Below are positions 11,495 through 22,400 of a DNA stretch of 34,755 bases, piece after piece. Origin of the DNA: Macrostomum lignano (taxonomy: Eukaryota); contig NIVC01004803.1 of assembly GCA_002269645.1 (NCBI GenBank), positions 1 through 34,755 on the forward strand, written 5' to 3'. How positions within the stretch are numbered: the stretch's first letter is position 1; every line of letters starts with the position of its first letter. The notes below the pieces were generated by a model. It was given only the letters and a program-made list of their open reading frames with translations, had not been told where the DNA came from and ran no database searches. Both the position numbers and the translations under genes were made by a program.

Positions 11495-12372
11495 GCATGT
11501 GTGTAGGTATATACATCAAGAGAAGCTGTTTTTGGGAGAGCTCTAAAAACGAAAGAGAAAAATTGCGCAATCCTGCAAGTTGCACAACTCGTGGCGAAGC
11601 GATTGGAGATCAATACAGACAGTAAGCGAACTTCTCTGTTGATGCGCTGACGCTCGGGGTGGGGATCTGCAAGGGAGTGCTTGGGGAGGACTGATGGGGC
11701 CTACAGATCGCTTCGATGAGCCTTGGCCGGCGCGGCGATGCAGTGCTTGACAGCATCGTCTTCAACCTGCTGATCGTGCAAGTCCGTCAACAGTTTAGTC
11801 TTAGCGTTCTGCAGCAGGACTGTCTTGACCACAGACCACAAACTGCTTAACAAAAATCTCAGTCACGATGTCGCCCATGGATGAATGAATAGAATGGATT
11901 GCTATTCTGGCTCTGGCTATTTTCGTTTTTGACTCTTTTGCATCCAGTTCCCCCCCGTGCCTTTTCATTGGTTGATGATTGCCACAGACAATTTTCGGCC
12001 TTTGCCCCTTTCTTTCGATGCACAAGCGCTTTCTTGTTAGTAAATAGAAGTTACTTGTGTTGAAATTGAACTTTGTTGAAATTCTCAGTTCTTTGCGCTT
12101 GTGCATCGAAAGAAAGGGGCGAAGGCCGAAAATTGTCTATGGCAATCATCAACCAATGAAAAGGCACGGGGGGAAACCGGATGCAAAAGAGTCAAAAACG
12201 AAAATAGCCAGAGCCAGAATAGCAATCCATTCTACGAGCTATTCATTCATCCATGATGTCGCCGGGCACCTTCAGTACGACTGCCTTCCGCGCGTTGACC
12301 ACAGACTCGAAACTGTCCAGCTGTCCTGGGGTCCTAGGGTGCTTTTGACAGCTGAAGACGGAAGACCTTGTC
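11495..12372 (-). pseudogene. Possible decayed coding segment interrupted by the MITE (unidentified protein)
   Basis: With the MITE and one TSD removed, the minus strand reads ...QLDSFESVVNARKAVVLKVPGDIVT, then after a frameshift LRFLLSSLWSVVKTVLLQNAKTKLLTDLHDQQVEDDAVKHCIAAPAKAHRSDL*, and continues open. Candidate acceptors at ~12373 and ~11544. No family recognised. Confidence 0.3.
11876..12255. mobile_element. 380-bp MITE, probably hAT-type; near-palindromic with ~150-bp arms and an 8-bp TSD (atgtcgcc)
   Basis: Termini CATGGATGAATG...CATTCATCCATG. Arms ~11876-12029 and ~12095-12255 are reverse complements, which is why the ORF track shows the same peptide on both strands. atgtcgcc is duplicated at 11868-11875 and 12256-12263. 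8-bp TSD plus CA...TG ends are typical of hAT. Confidence 0.85.
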
Positions 12373-12661
12373 CTGCATTTTAAAGTGCACAATAATGGGA
12401 TACTCGAAATTTTCTAAATGGAAATTTAATTAATTCCATCATCAGAAACTGCGGATTAGCTAACTTAAGCTCGCTGCACAGCCAGTCTTTTGCTTAGTCC
12501 TTGTCGATTAATAGGTCTCTGTTTAAGGCAGTGTGGCCGGCTTGCTTCTGTAATAAAACCGCTGGTGCGTCTCATTATAGCTGATAAAGGCATCACTTCC
12601 TCATCAGCTTGGTCATCAGCTGCTGACTAATCAGCTGTGCAGTGCGTGCAGGCTTCTCGGC

Positions 12662-12985
<324 letters not shown>

Positions 12986-14094
12986 GTTTTCACGGAAGTT
13001 CAAAACCCGCTTGAAAATCTACTTCCGTTGCCTGCTCCTTTCTCTCTAATTACTAGGGACCCCAGCCTCAGCCAGCTCTTTGGTATACCTGAGCACCTTG
13101 CAGCGCCGCTTCCTTCATATTCGAACAGCCATCAGCTGAGGAGAAGCGAGCAATATCCCTCCTGTCTTCCCCCTTCTTTCTCTCCATCTCCCGCTTTTGC
13201 GCACCCACCCTCTCGGGCTCTTGAGAATTTCTCTGTTCTTCCGCCAATTCTCAATTCTGCGCCGTCCCAACCCCCCCCCACCCGCGCCACTCGGATTTCA
13301 TGCGAGCGAGGTGGGTCTGCAGCTGCCTGGGGCACAGAGAGGTTATAGAAGTGTGCGAGGGGCAGAGCGAGGGGCAGAGCATTGAATGTGTAGTTTTCCT
13401 TCAAAGCTTTCGCCAGCCAGCCTGAGCTGGAAGGATGATGGTTCAACGATGTTGGCAGGAAGCTGCTGCAGACCGGCTTCCCTCTTGAGTGCTCACACTC
13501 GCGCAGCAGCAGCAGCAGCAGTCTCTCTCAGTCTCCATCTTTCGTATTCTGCTGACGCTCTCCGGGTCTGGCAAAATCTGAATGCCAAGGAGTTTTGCTC
13601 GCATTTTCATATCGCTCCGCAGCTCCCAACTGCCGAAAAAATGGCTGCAGACAGGGGGGGATCAGCTAGGATTAGGGAGGTGGGTGAGGGGTAGATGAAG
13701 GATAAAAATTAAACGAAGGAATCCCCACGCAGGCCATGCACCCCCCCACCAGCTTCTCCTCTGTGACGAAACTGAGGATTTTTGCCATGCCGCCAGTTTT
13801 AGTGTCCCAGATCTTCGGCTGTTCGTTAATTCTGTTCGGGGATATCGGATAAATTTTATGCCTCTAGCTGTTTGTGTGTGTTTATTCCTAACTGGGTGCT
13901 GGATGCGTTCCTCCTAGCCTCCCTGTGGCACATATGCCCAGGGCCACAGCCGTGAAATTGTCAACCGGGAGAAGAACAGCACATTTAAATTGGCGCCAAT
14001 TCAAGCGGAAGCTGGCTGGCTGGCGGAGAAGCTTTGATCAGGTGCGCTGCTCGAGAGAGGAGGGTACCGTTTTGACTCCTCGTCAGGATGGGGT

Positions 14095-14626
14095 TTCTTG
14101 GGCTTGGGGAATTCTCCATTGACTGTCAGGATGCAGGGGGTCTCTTTAGCTTGGGGAATTCCTCATTGACTGTCAGGATGCAGGGGGGTTCTTAGGCTTG
14201 GGGAATTCCTCATTGACTGTCAGGATGCAGGGGATTTCTTAGGCTTGGGGAATTCCTCACTGACTGTCAGGATGCAGGGGGTTTCTTAGGCTTGGGGAAT
14301 TCCTCATTGACTGTCAGGATGCAGGGGCTTCTTAGGCTTGGGGAATTCCTCATTGACTGTCAGGATGCAGGGGCTTCTTAGGCTTGGGGAATTCCTCATT
14401 GACTGTCAGGATGCAGGGGGTTTCTTAGGCTTGGGGAATTCCTCATTGACTGTCAGAGTGCAGGGGGTTTCTTAGGCTTGGGGAATTCCTCATTGACTGT
14501 CAGGATGCAGGGGGGTTCTTAGGCTTGGGGAATTCCTCATTGACTGTCAGAGTGCAGGGGGTTTCTTAGGCTTGGGGAATTCCTCATTGACTGTCAGGAT
14601 GCAGGGGGGTTCTTAGGCTTGGGGAA
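14095..14626. repeat. Minisatellite, 46-47-bp unit (cttggggaattcctcattgactgtcaggatgcagggggtttcttagg), ~11 copies
   Basis: Direct reading. Confidence 0.96.
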
Positions 14627-16493
14627 CTGTTATTGAATGGAATATTCATGAATGGGGAATTCTCCATTACTTTAATTTGTAATTCATACTTCTCCTTACT
14701 CTTCCAGAAACTGGGATTTTTACAGACTAAGCAGGCAGCTACACAGGTAGCTAAAGATGCTGAGGGGCATGCAGCCTCCTGCTTATTCCACGCAGCAAGA
14801 AGAGCAACCCTCCTGAGACCCCTTCTCTGGCTAGCCAGTTTTTTCTTTAATTTCCTTTTCTCTTGTTTTCTGCTATCGAAAAACGCCTCCCCCGCTCCCG
14901 GCGCGCCCAGCCCTGGCCCAGGTGGCCCTCGAGAGCAGGATTAATCTTCATCTTGGAGGCTGAGCTATTACAGATAGATGGATTGGGCGATGGGGAGAGT
15001 CGAAGAGACAGCGAGTTGGGAAGCAAATTCCGCTCATTTTTCTTATCTCAGGCCAAGTCAAAGACAGGAGTCTGGTCTCCCTCATCGCACTGGACTCATT
15101 AACTCTTTCCTGCACTGTCAAATGCCTTCCAGCCCTGTCACCGGCATGATTTGTCGAGTCCGGCCGGAGCCTCCGGGAAGAGAAGGGAGAAGTCGCATTG
15201 ATCTTCTCTGCCATTTTCTTACGAGCTGTGCCCGAACCCCATCACCCAGGAGTCTTAGGCGGGCCATTTGGAAGCAGCTGCGATAGACAATTTCCTAATG
15301 CCCACCTCATCCGCAATGGGCTATGCCTGGGCATCCGGTGCGTCCGTCTCTTCTGTCTGAGTGTGGCCTCAACTACCTACAGCTCTCGTATCAGCGCCTC
15401 CTTGGCCCCCCGCCCCCCACTCTCCGCTGCTCTTCATGCCACTGCCGCTGTCAACGACCCGAGCTCCACACTCTTGGCGAGCTTTCATTGGGGAGGGGGG
15501 CTCATTGGCATCGACGGAGGCCACTCAAGCAGCAGCTAGGGCTCACACTCACCCTGCTGCTCAATATGCGAGTACTATAGACGGAGGCCAGAGTGAGAGT
15601 GTTGTGCGTGCGAGAGTCAACTCAATTCGCTTCTCTTCAATCCCAACAGCTCGCGTCACTCAGCACTTCATGTTCGACTCTTGAGAGGATCAGATTCGCT
15701 CTTCTGTTCTCTTAGTTTCTCTCCCTCTCTCGCTCTCTTCTCGAGCATTTCATGCGCAGTCAGTCTCTCTTTTCAGTTCTTCGCTTCCAATCTCGGGCAA
15801 AAGTTTCCGAGCTCTAGCTGGCTTTGCTTTACTTCAGCTTCCATTAGTTGCTAACCCGTAGGCTTAGAGTTGGAGTCAGGGTTAGGAATAGTTTCAAGTC
15901 TCCCAAGGCGACACAGCCAGGTGATATACTCCAGAGCATTCCAGACATCCCGGATGTTGCCAGTCTCTGCCAAGGTCTCATCTGGAACACGCCTTCTTTC
16001 GTTGATTCTGCACGCGCTGAAACCTTGAGAGACTTTTCTTACAGTTTCTTGCAGAGCGTCTCCCCGGGTGAGCTGTCAGTTTGCACGGATACGGCTGCAC
16101 AGAAGTTTTACGCGGACGGGGTGGGGGGGGGGAGCTCAACCTGCATCCTGCTTCACACTGAGTCAGCCGTGTCCCTCGGCTTCCTCCCCACTAACCAGTT
16201 TTACAATGGGCGATCCCGTGTGGCTGGGGGATCTGGCCGGTGAGGGTGGGCGGCTGACAGGGGCTGCATGTGGACGCCTTCAGCAGCGGAAGTTGGGAGC
16301 TGCGCCAGACAACACCGGAAGAAGATCGATCCCTTCTAGCTTGGGCAGAGTGAGCAGGTCTGCTACCGCTGTAGCAGTGGCAGAAGACGAAACAGAATTT
16401 CAGAAAAGAATTGGCGCATGCCATTGATAACTTCTTTTGGCTGCAATTTATTAACCGTCTTTTTCAAAGAAAAAGATTACTGATTGTGGAATA

Positions 16494-17031
16494 CAGCTGG
16501 AGGTTTGGCGGTTTGCCAGCTGTAGGTTCGGAGGTTTGCCAGCTGGAGGTTCGGAGGTTTGCCAGCTGGAGGTTCGGAGGTTTGCCAGCTGGAGGTTCGG
16601 AGGTTTGCCAGCTGGAGATTAGAAGGTTTGCCGGCTGGAGTTTTGTAGGTTTGTCAGCTGGAGGTTAGAATGATTGCCAGCTGGAGGTTAGAAGGATTGC
16701 CAGCTGGAGGTTAGAATGATTACCAGCTGGAGGTTAGAATGATTACCAGCTGGAGGTTAGAATGATTACCAGCTGGAGGTTAGAATGATTACCAGCTGGA
16801 GGTTAGAATGATTACCAGCTGGAGGTTAGAATGATTACCAGCTGGAGGTTAGAAGGATTGCCAGCTGGAGGTTAGAATGATTACCAGCTGGAGGTTTGAA
16901 GGATTGCCAGCTGGAGGTTAGAATGATTACCAGCTGGAGGTTAGAAGGATTGCCAGCTGGAGGTTAGAAGGATTGCCAGCTGGAGGTTAGAAGCATTGCC
17001 AGCTGAATTTTTGTAGGTTTGCCAGCTGGAG
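16494..17031. repeat. Minisatellite, 23-bp unit (ccagctggaggttagaatgatta and variants), ~23 copies
   Basis: Direct reading; each unit contains CAGCTG. Confidence 0.96.
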
Positions 17032-17278
17032 AAAACTGAACACAATGTGCATTTCCCAAATGAATAATTGGACTCAAAGAGCCTCCCTAATTAAGAGCAA
17101 GTTTCAGACTTCTGCTTAGCCAACTAGACAAGAAATATTTATTGATCTGCACTAATAGTCATTCGGCAAGCGGCGTTTTGTTAATCCAGAAACATTTCTG
17201 CCCCTGGCTTGGCTTTACTGACTCGGGAGCGGCCCCTGTTTCCCGTTTCAGTTTTTTCCATACGCGAGCCACGTCGGT

Positions 17279-18610
17279 ATGAACCACCCCTGCTGTGCCG
17301 ACTCCGGCGCCAAAAGCGACTCCGGCGATAGCGGCCTGGGCACCGCGGGCTCGCCAGACGGAGGAGCCGCAGCGGCAGCGGTCGCGGCAGTCTGTCGCGA
17401 CTTCCTCCGCCACGTGTGCAAGCGGGGCCGTCGGTGCCGCTACCGGCACCCTGAGCCCGAGGAGTGCGCGCGTCTGGCCCGCTCCGCCGAGCCCGTCTTC
17501 TGCCACGACTACCAGAACGGCGGCTGCCAGCGGCCGGCCTGCCGATTCGTCCACTGCAGCCGCGAGGAGGAGGCCGCCTACAGAAGCACGGGCGTTCTGC
17601 CCGCCTGCCTCTTGCAGGAGCAGCAGGAGCAGCAAGAACAGCAGCAACTACAGGCCGACTTGGCCGCGGCGAGCGCCGCATTTGCAGATGCAGCTTCCGA
17701 TCAACCGCCCGTCTGCAAGGACTTTCTGAAGGGCGCCTGCGTACGCGGGGCCAAGTGCCGATTCCGACACGTCGAGCAGCCGGCGTCGACGCCGCAGCCT
17801 CCGCAGCCTCCATCGCAGCCGTCGCAGCAGCCACTGACTCAGGCACCACCAGCAGCTGCTCTGGACGACTTGACAACGTTTCAACTGCCAAAACGGCGCC
17901 GACTGGAAATTCCAGAGCCTGCAACAACACTGCCGACACTGCCGACACTGCCGACACTGCCGACACTGCCGACACTGCCGACACTGCCGACGCAGGCGCA
18001 GAACGCGACCATGTCATTTTCAGCATCGACAACGGCATCATCCTCAACAGTTTCCGTATCGACTTCGAATGCCGCAGCGGCCGCGGCAGCTGCAGCAGCC
18101 GCCGCTTTCGGCTTCCTGCCCTCCGGCGGCAGCTGTGGCGGCCTCGTCGGCAGCCTCGACTGGAGCGGCCGCTGCGAGCTGCGCGCTCTGGCCGAAGAGA
18201 ACGCCGTCCTGCGGCGCCGGCTAGACGAACTGCGAAGGCAGTGCGGCGATCTGCTGGCAGCCAATGAGCTGCTGCTCGATCAGAACGCCCGCCTACGCGG
18301 CAGCTCCATCGGCAGCTGCTCAAAGTTTCCCCTAGCCGGGCAGCAGCAGCACCAGCCGATGGACGCGCTGACCTTCGCCCAGGCTGCGATGAACGACTTC
18401 GCCGCTGCAGCCGCTGTCGCCGCTGCCGCCTCAGCCGCTGCGGCTTCGGCTGGTGCGCCACCGCCGCCGCAGCCAGCGCCAGCTTTGCTGCCGCAGCCGC
18501 AGCCGCAGCCGCCAACGTCAGCATCGGCGGCTGTTCAAGCGGCTGCCGCAGCGGCGGCGTTTCTGGCCTTCCAGCCGGGAGCGAAGCTGGGCGGCCAGCC
18601 GATGCACTGA
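17279..18610 (+). CDS. ZC3H10: Zinc finger CCCH domain-containing protein 10 orthologue, 443 aa, single coding exon
   Basis: Three CCCH fingers (CRDFLRHVCKRGRRCRYRH; CHDYQNGGCQRPACRFVH; CKDFLKGACVRGAKCRFRH), a PKRRR basic motif, coiled coil ECELRALAEENAVLRRRLDELRRQCGDLLAANELLLDQNA, and an Ala/Pro-rich tail ending PMH. Order and sequence match human ZC3H10 as I recall it (CRDFLRNVCKRGKRCRYRH ... ECRLLEEENAMLRKRVEELKKQ). Confidence 0.93.
   Translation: MNHPCCADSGAKSDSGDSGLGTAGSPDGGAAAAAVAAVCRDFLRHVCKRGRRCRYRHPEPEECARLARSAEPVFCHDYQNGGCQRPACRFVHCSREEEAAYRSTGVLPACLLQEQQEQQEQQQLQADLAAASAAFADAASDQPPVCKDFLKGACVRGAKCRFRHVEQPASTPQPPQPPSQPSQQPLTQAPPAAALDDLTTFQLPKRRRLEIPEPATTLPTLPTLPTLPTLPTLPTLPTQAQNATMSFSASTTASSSTVSVSTSNAAAAAAAAAAAAFGFLPSGGSCGGLVGSLDWSGRCELRALAEENAVLRRRLDELRRQCGDLLAANELLLDQNARLRGSSIGSCSKFPLAGQQQHQPMDALTFAQAAMNDFAAAAAVAAAASAAAASAGAPPPPQPAPALLPQPQPQPPTSASAAVQAAAAAAAFLAFQPGAKLGGQPMH
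17927..17989 (+). repeat. Coding 9-bp tandem repeat (acactgccg)x7 encoding (TLP)7 inside ZC3H10
   Basis: Seven perfect in-frame units. Confidence 0.95.
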
Positions 18611-19293
18611 GGCACCGAGGACTCGCTATGGATGCAGAGGTGCGAAGACCTGCTAGATTTTCTTAGAAACGGAGTATTTCCGGTGTTAATATCAGGCAGT
18701 CAAAATTCGAACGCCCGCATACATAGGAAAATTCCATAATTGTGTAAAAATTCACCAACCTTCTTTTAAAATGCCTACTGACAAGTAGACTGAGATGGCA
18801 ATCTAGATCATATTTTTTAGATTGTTTGAAGCAAGCTTAATTGCGGAACTCAAGTCTCGATTTTCAAATATAATATTATTCACTGTCTCCAAATTTGTTT
18901 GATCGAATCAAATTTATGCATAACTTCTTAGTGATTATTTTTTGCTAAATCGTTGTCTACGAACTCTGTTATGTTTTGTTGGATTTTTCCCGCTGCTCTC
19001 TCTCCGATGCTCTCCGTGGGCACCTCTGCAGCTCGTCTGAGCTAAGATACGATCGTTCTCCGTCTCTATGCCCAACCAACTCAATTCTATTATCATGCGC
19101 AAGCTGCACTGTAGAAAATTGTCCATTTCGCTTCAGGTTTTTGTACAAAACAAATGACTTGACAGAAGGCGCACTGTATTGGCTAAACATTAGCCTACCT
19201 AAAGATGGCCCAGCTGTTTCAGAACTTGTACAATAAATTGATTTTTGAAAGTTGAAAGTTAATCTTCCTTTTTTTAGACCACAATCAGTGGTT

Positions 19294-19465
19294 GAGTATC
19301 TGTGAGTATCTAATCAGAATATCTGAGTATCTGAATATCGAGTATCTGGTGGTCTCCCCGCAGTATCGCAGTATCTGAATATCTGAGTATCTGAGAATGA
19401 ATCTACGTTAAGAATCTAGAATGAGAATCTAGAATGAGAATGAGAATCTAGAATCTAAATTAAGT
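19294..19465. repeat. Degenerate short-unit array (gtatctga / gaatctaga)
   Basis: Many imperfect (g/a)tatct(g/a) and gaatcta(g) units. Confidence 0.7.
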
Positions 19466-22400
19466 TGTGTACGTTCTTGATCTACTACTTGAAGTAGTTG
19501 ATACAGCCATCTGCTATCCATTTATGAAGAAAGACGCACAATTGAGCTTGTAGTTTTGTGCGAATCTCATATGAGAGTTAAAGAACGACTCCAATTAATT
19601 TGTGGGTCAGGGGCGACTCTGATAAAAATTTTAGGGCTAGTTGCATGGAGAGCGGGTCAAAATTATATATCATGAAGAGCTAAGGACAATATATGAATAT
19701 AATAATTTCGATTTTGTACGTCAGCATCAGAATCAAAAAGGGAGATTGGCGCGCGTTGATGTGGGATACTTTATTTTGTACCAATTAAATGACGACTTAA
19801 GTTGTTCTTGATTGTACTTGATCAATATAAGTGAAAACTAAAACTTGATTTTTGATTTTTTAATACATGATCTTTTGATACTTATGGGGACCGATTGTAG
19901 GAAAAGTATCGAATGTACGTAATATACATTTACAATACCATTGGGGACTGTTTTGAAGGCCGGTTTTTGTCAACGATGACATATGCAAAGTAGTAGATGG
20001 AATAAATAATAATGGAAGCATTATCTGTTCACTGCACCATTTTTGTAGAAACGAGCTTCTTTAGAGGATCATAAAAATTGGATACGTATCAGGGACATTC
20101 CTGCAACCAAAAAAGTTACGTATCGGAGACGTCCCACTTTCTATTGGATATGTAATTTTGCTATGCGGGCAAAGAAAGCTGTTAAATGGTAAGATATTTT
20201 CATCTACTCTCTTCTGAAATAAAAAAATAAGTCAAACCAGTCGGGCGCCTCGAATGCGCTGCTGATCGTCGATTAACGGTAGATCCGCCGATCCGTGCAC
20301 ACTCCACATTAATTTAGGCCAGCCCACCCTGTCCCTCAAGGCAACAGTGTACATCTCTGGAACTCTGGTGATAAAGAAATCTTCTGCATATGTAATGAAC
20401 ACATGGTACGGAAATCGATATTACTACGCTGTTCATAATTTTCTCGTGAATCATGGGGTAAAGGTCTACACTGTCACCGTATTTGCGGCATCGCCTAAAC
20501 CCCCTTTGTCAACTAAGTCGACAGTGTCAAAATATAACCATAATCATAGGTGTTTTGCAAGAGTTCGGCTTACTATATTTTTTCGAATTAGCCTCTGGAG
20601 GGCAAACGTATTTCGATGCGAAGTCTTGCCGACGCAAAAAAAATTGAGTTTTTTAAAAACCCTTTCTGAGTTCTCCGAAAACGCAGCGCGCTAGCCTTTA
20701 GCGATAATTTAAAAATATACGAATTTTATCATCTTTTTCTAAGATAATGATGCGATCCGATCATGCCGTACTCAGCAGTCACCAGCAGGCCAGCAGCCCT
20801 CTCAACATGTTATTAATCATTTATTTAAAATAAACTTAGATATGGAATTCTTACTAGTTTTTTCCTTATCATTTCAAGTCCAAGCTAGCAATATTTTATG
20901 TGATTCGGTCCAGATGTTTTCTAAATTTTCTAGAAAAAAAGAATATTAGAAGATTAGAAGATATTAGAAAATTAGAATATTTTCTAAATTAGAAAATAAA
21001 TCTGGAGGTCTATTTTCTAAAAGAATAATTGTTATGAAAACTTAGAAACAGTCAACCAATTAAGAGATTTAAAAATATTAAAATTACACTACACTATTTA
21101 TACAAAATATAAAATTTATGTTGACAAATAAAAATGCTCGAAAAGGGCTTGCCCTAACATCATTTATGAATATGTTTTGATACTTTAGAATTTTTTTATA
21201 AAAAAAGTAATTTTGGAATCAACATTAGCCTTGGCTTAGGTTAGGGCCTAATGTTTTTTAGTAAACAAGGTTAAACAATCATTAGGAAGCTAAAATAATA
21301 ATAAATAATATGTAATATAAAATAAAAAGCTAAAAAATTATAAATTTTTTATTACAATGTAAAAACTAATATTAAGCTTTTCAAATTAATAAAATGTGAA
21401 TATATTTAAAATTTAATTTTTATATATATGCTGCATTTTGTATTAGGCTTGCCCTGAGAAAACCAGCTTCAGTGCCCAAGTGTGCTTATTCTGTATGCCC
21501 CCCTTGCTGTGTGTGTATATTTCTTGTGTTAGTTGGATGGGTGCCTATCTATAGTTTGGATTAGGGCCTATATATTAGTGAACACCAGGTTTTATTCTAG
21601 AAAAAATGATGAGACCTTGTTTGTATGCCGAGTTTATGTGACAATATAAAAAATTGTCATTTTACACAATGTATCTGCTGTGTCATGTACACTAAGATAT
21701 ATTCTAAAAAATGGTAAGACCCTTATTGTATACTAGGAAATCCTGGCATATATGTTGCCTTCTAAACTATAGGTGCCTATCTCTCTATTAGGGCCTAGCA
21801 GGAAGGTATTTTATTCTAGTTGTACTGCTAAGCAAGCAGTGTTTTTGTGCAATTCTTTTTTTAGCAACAATTGGTAGCAATCTACACAACTTTGATAATA
21901 AATCTTTTATATTTATTAGATATAGTTAAATGTAGTTTTCTTTAAATATTTTTACTAAGGCAAAATGACAAGTCAAGTGCCTACTATCTTATCTGATTGT
22001 CAATTCAATAGTTCTTTGCCACGTATTATAATCAAAGTATATTATACTCTACTTATATGACTAATCAGTTTACCCATTTAATGATTTTTATACTAGAGCC
22101 TTTATGACCTTTAATAGAAAAAATGTATTTGATGAAAATAAACTAGACAATTATACATTTGTATAATATGAACAAATTTCTTAGAAAGCACATTTGAAAA
22201 GCATAGGATAAAGATTTGATAAAACAAGTATAATTTAAAAAAAGCCTATATGTATTTACTAGGGCCTTAATATGATTGTACTAAAATAATCAATAAGATT
22301 AGGGCCTATATACTATTGTTATGTTTTCATTGTCACCAAATTTTACTAGATTATTGCCAAATTTGTCAATGGTGAATTTTTTTGCTTGATTTATTTGTTG

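Noticed and set aside
13028-16427. Numerous 60-130-aa ORFs and isolated splice-like signals (minus donor at 15552, plus acceptors ~15775 and ~17250)
   Set aside because: No recognisable protein. These may be UTR exons or regulatory DNA of ZC3H10 or a neighbour, but no gene model can be supported from sequence alone.
17181-18524. 447-aa antisense ORF and alternative-frame ORFs overlapping ZC3H10
   Set aside because: Shadow ORFs of a very GC-rich, Ala-rich CDS; no recognisable domains.
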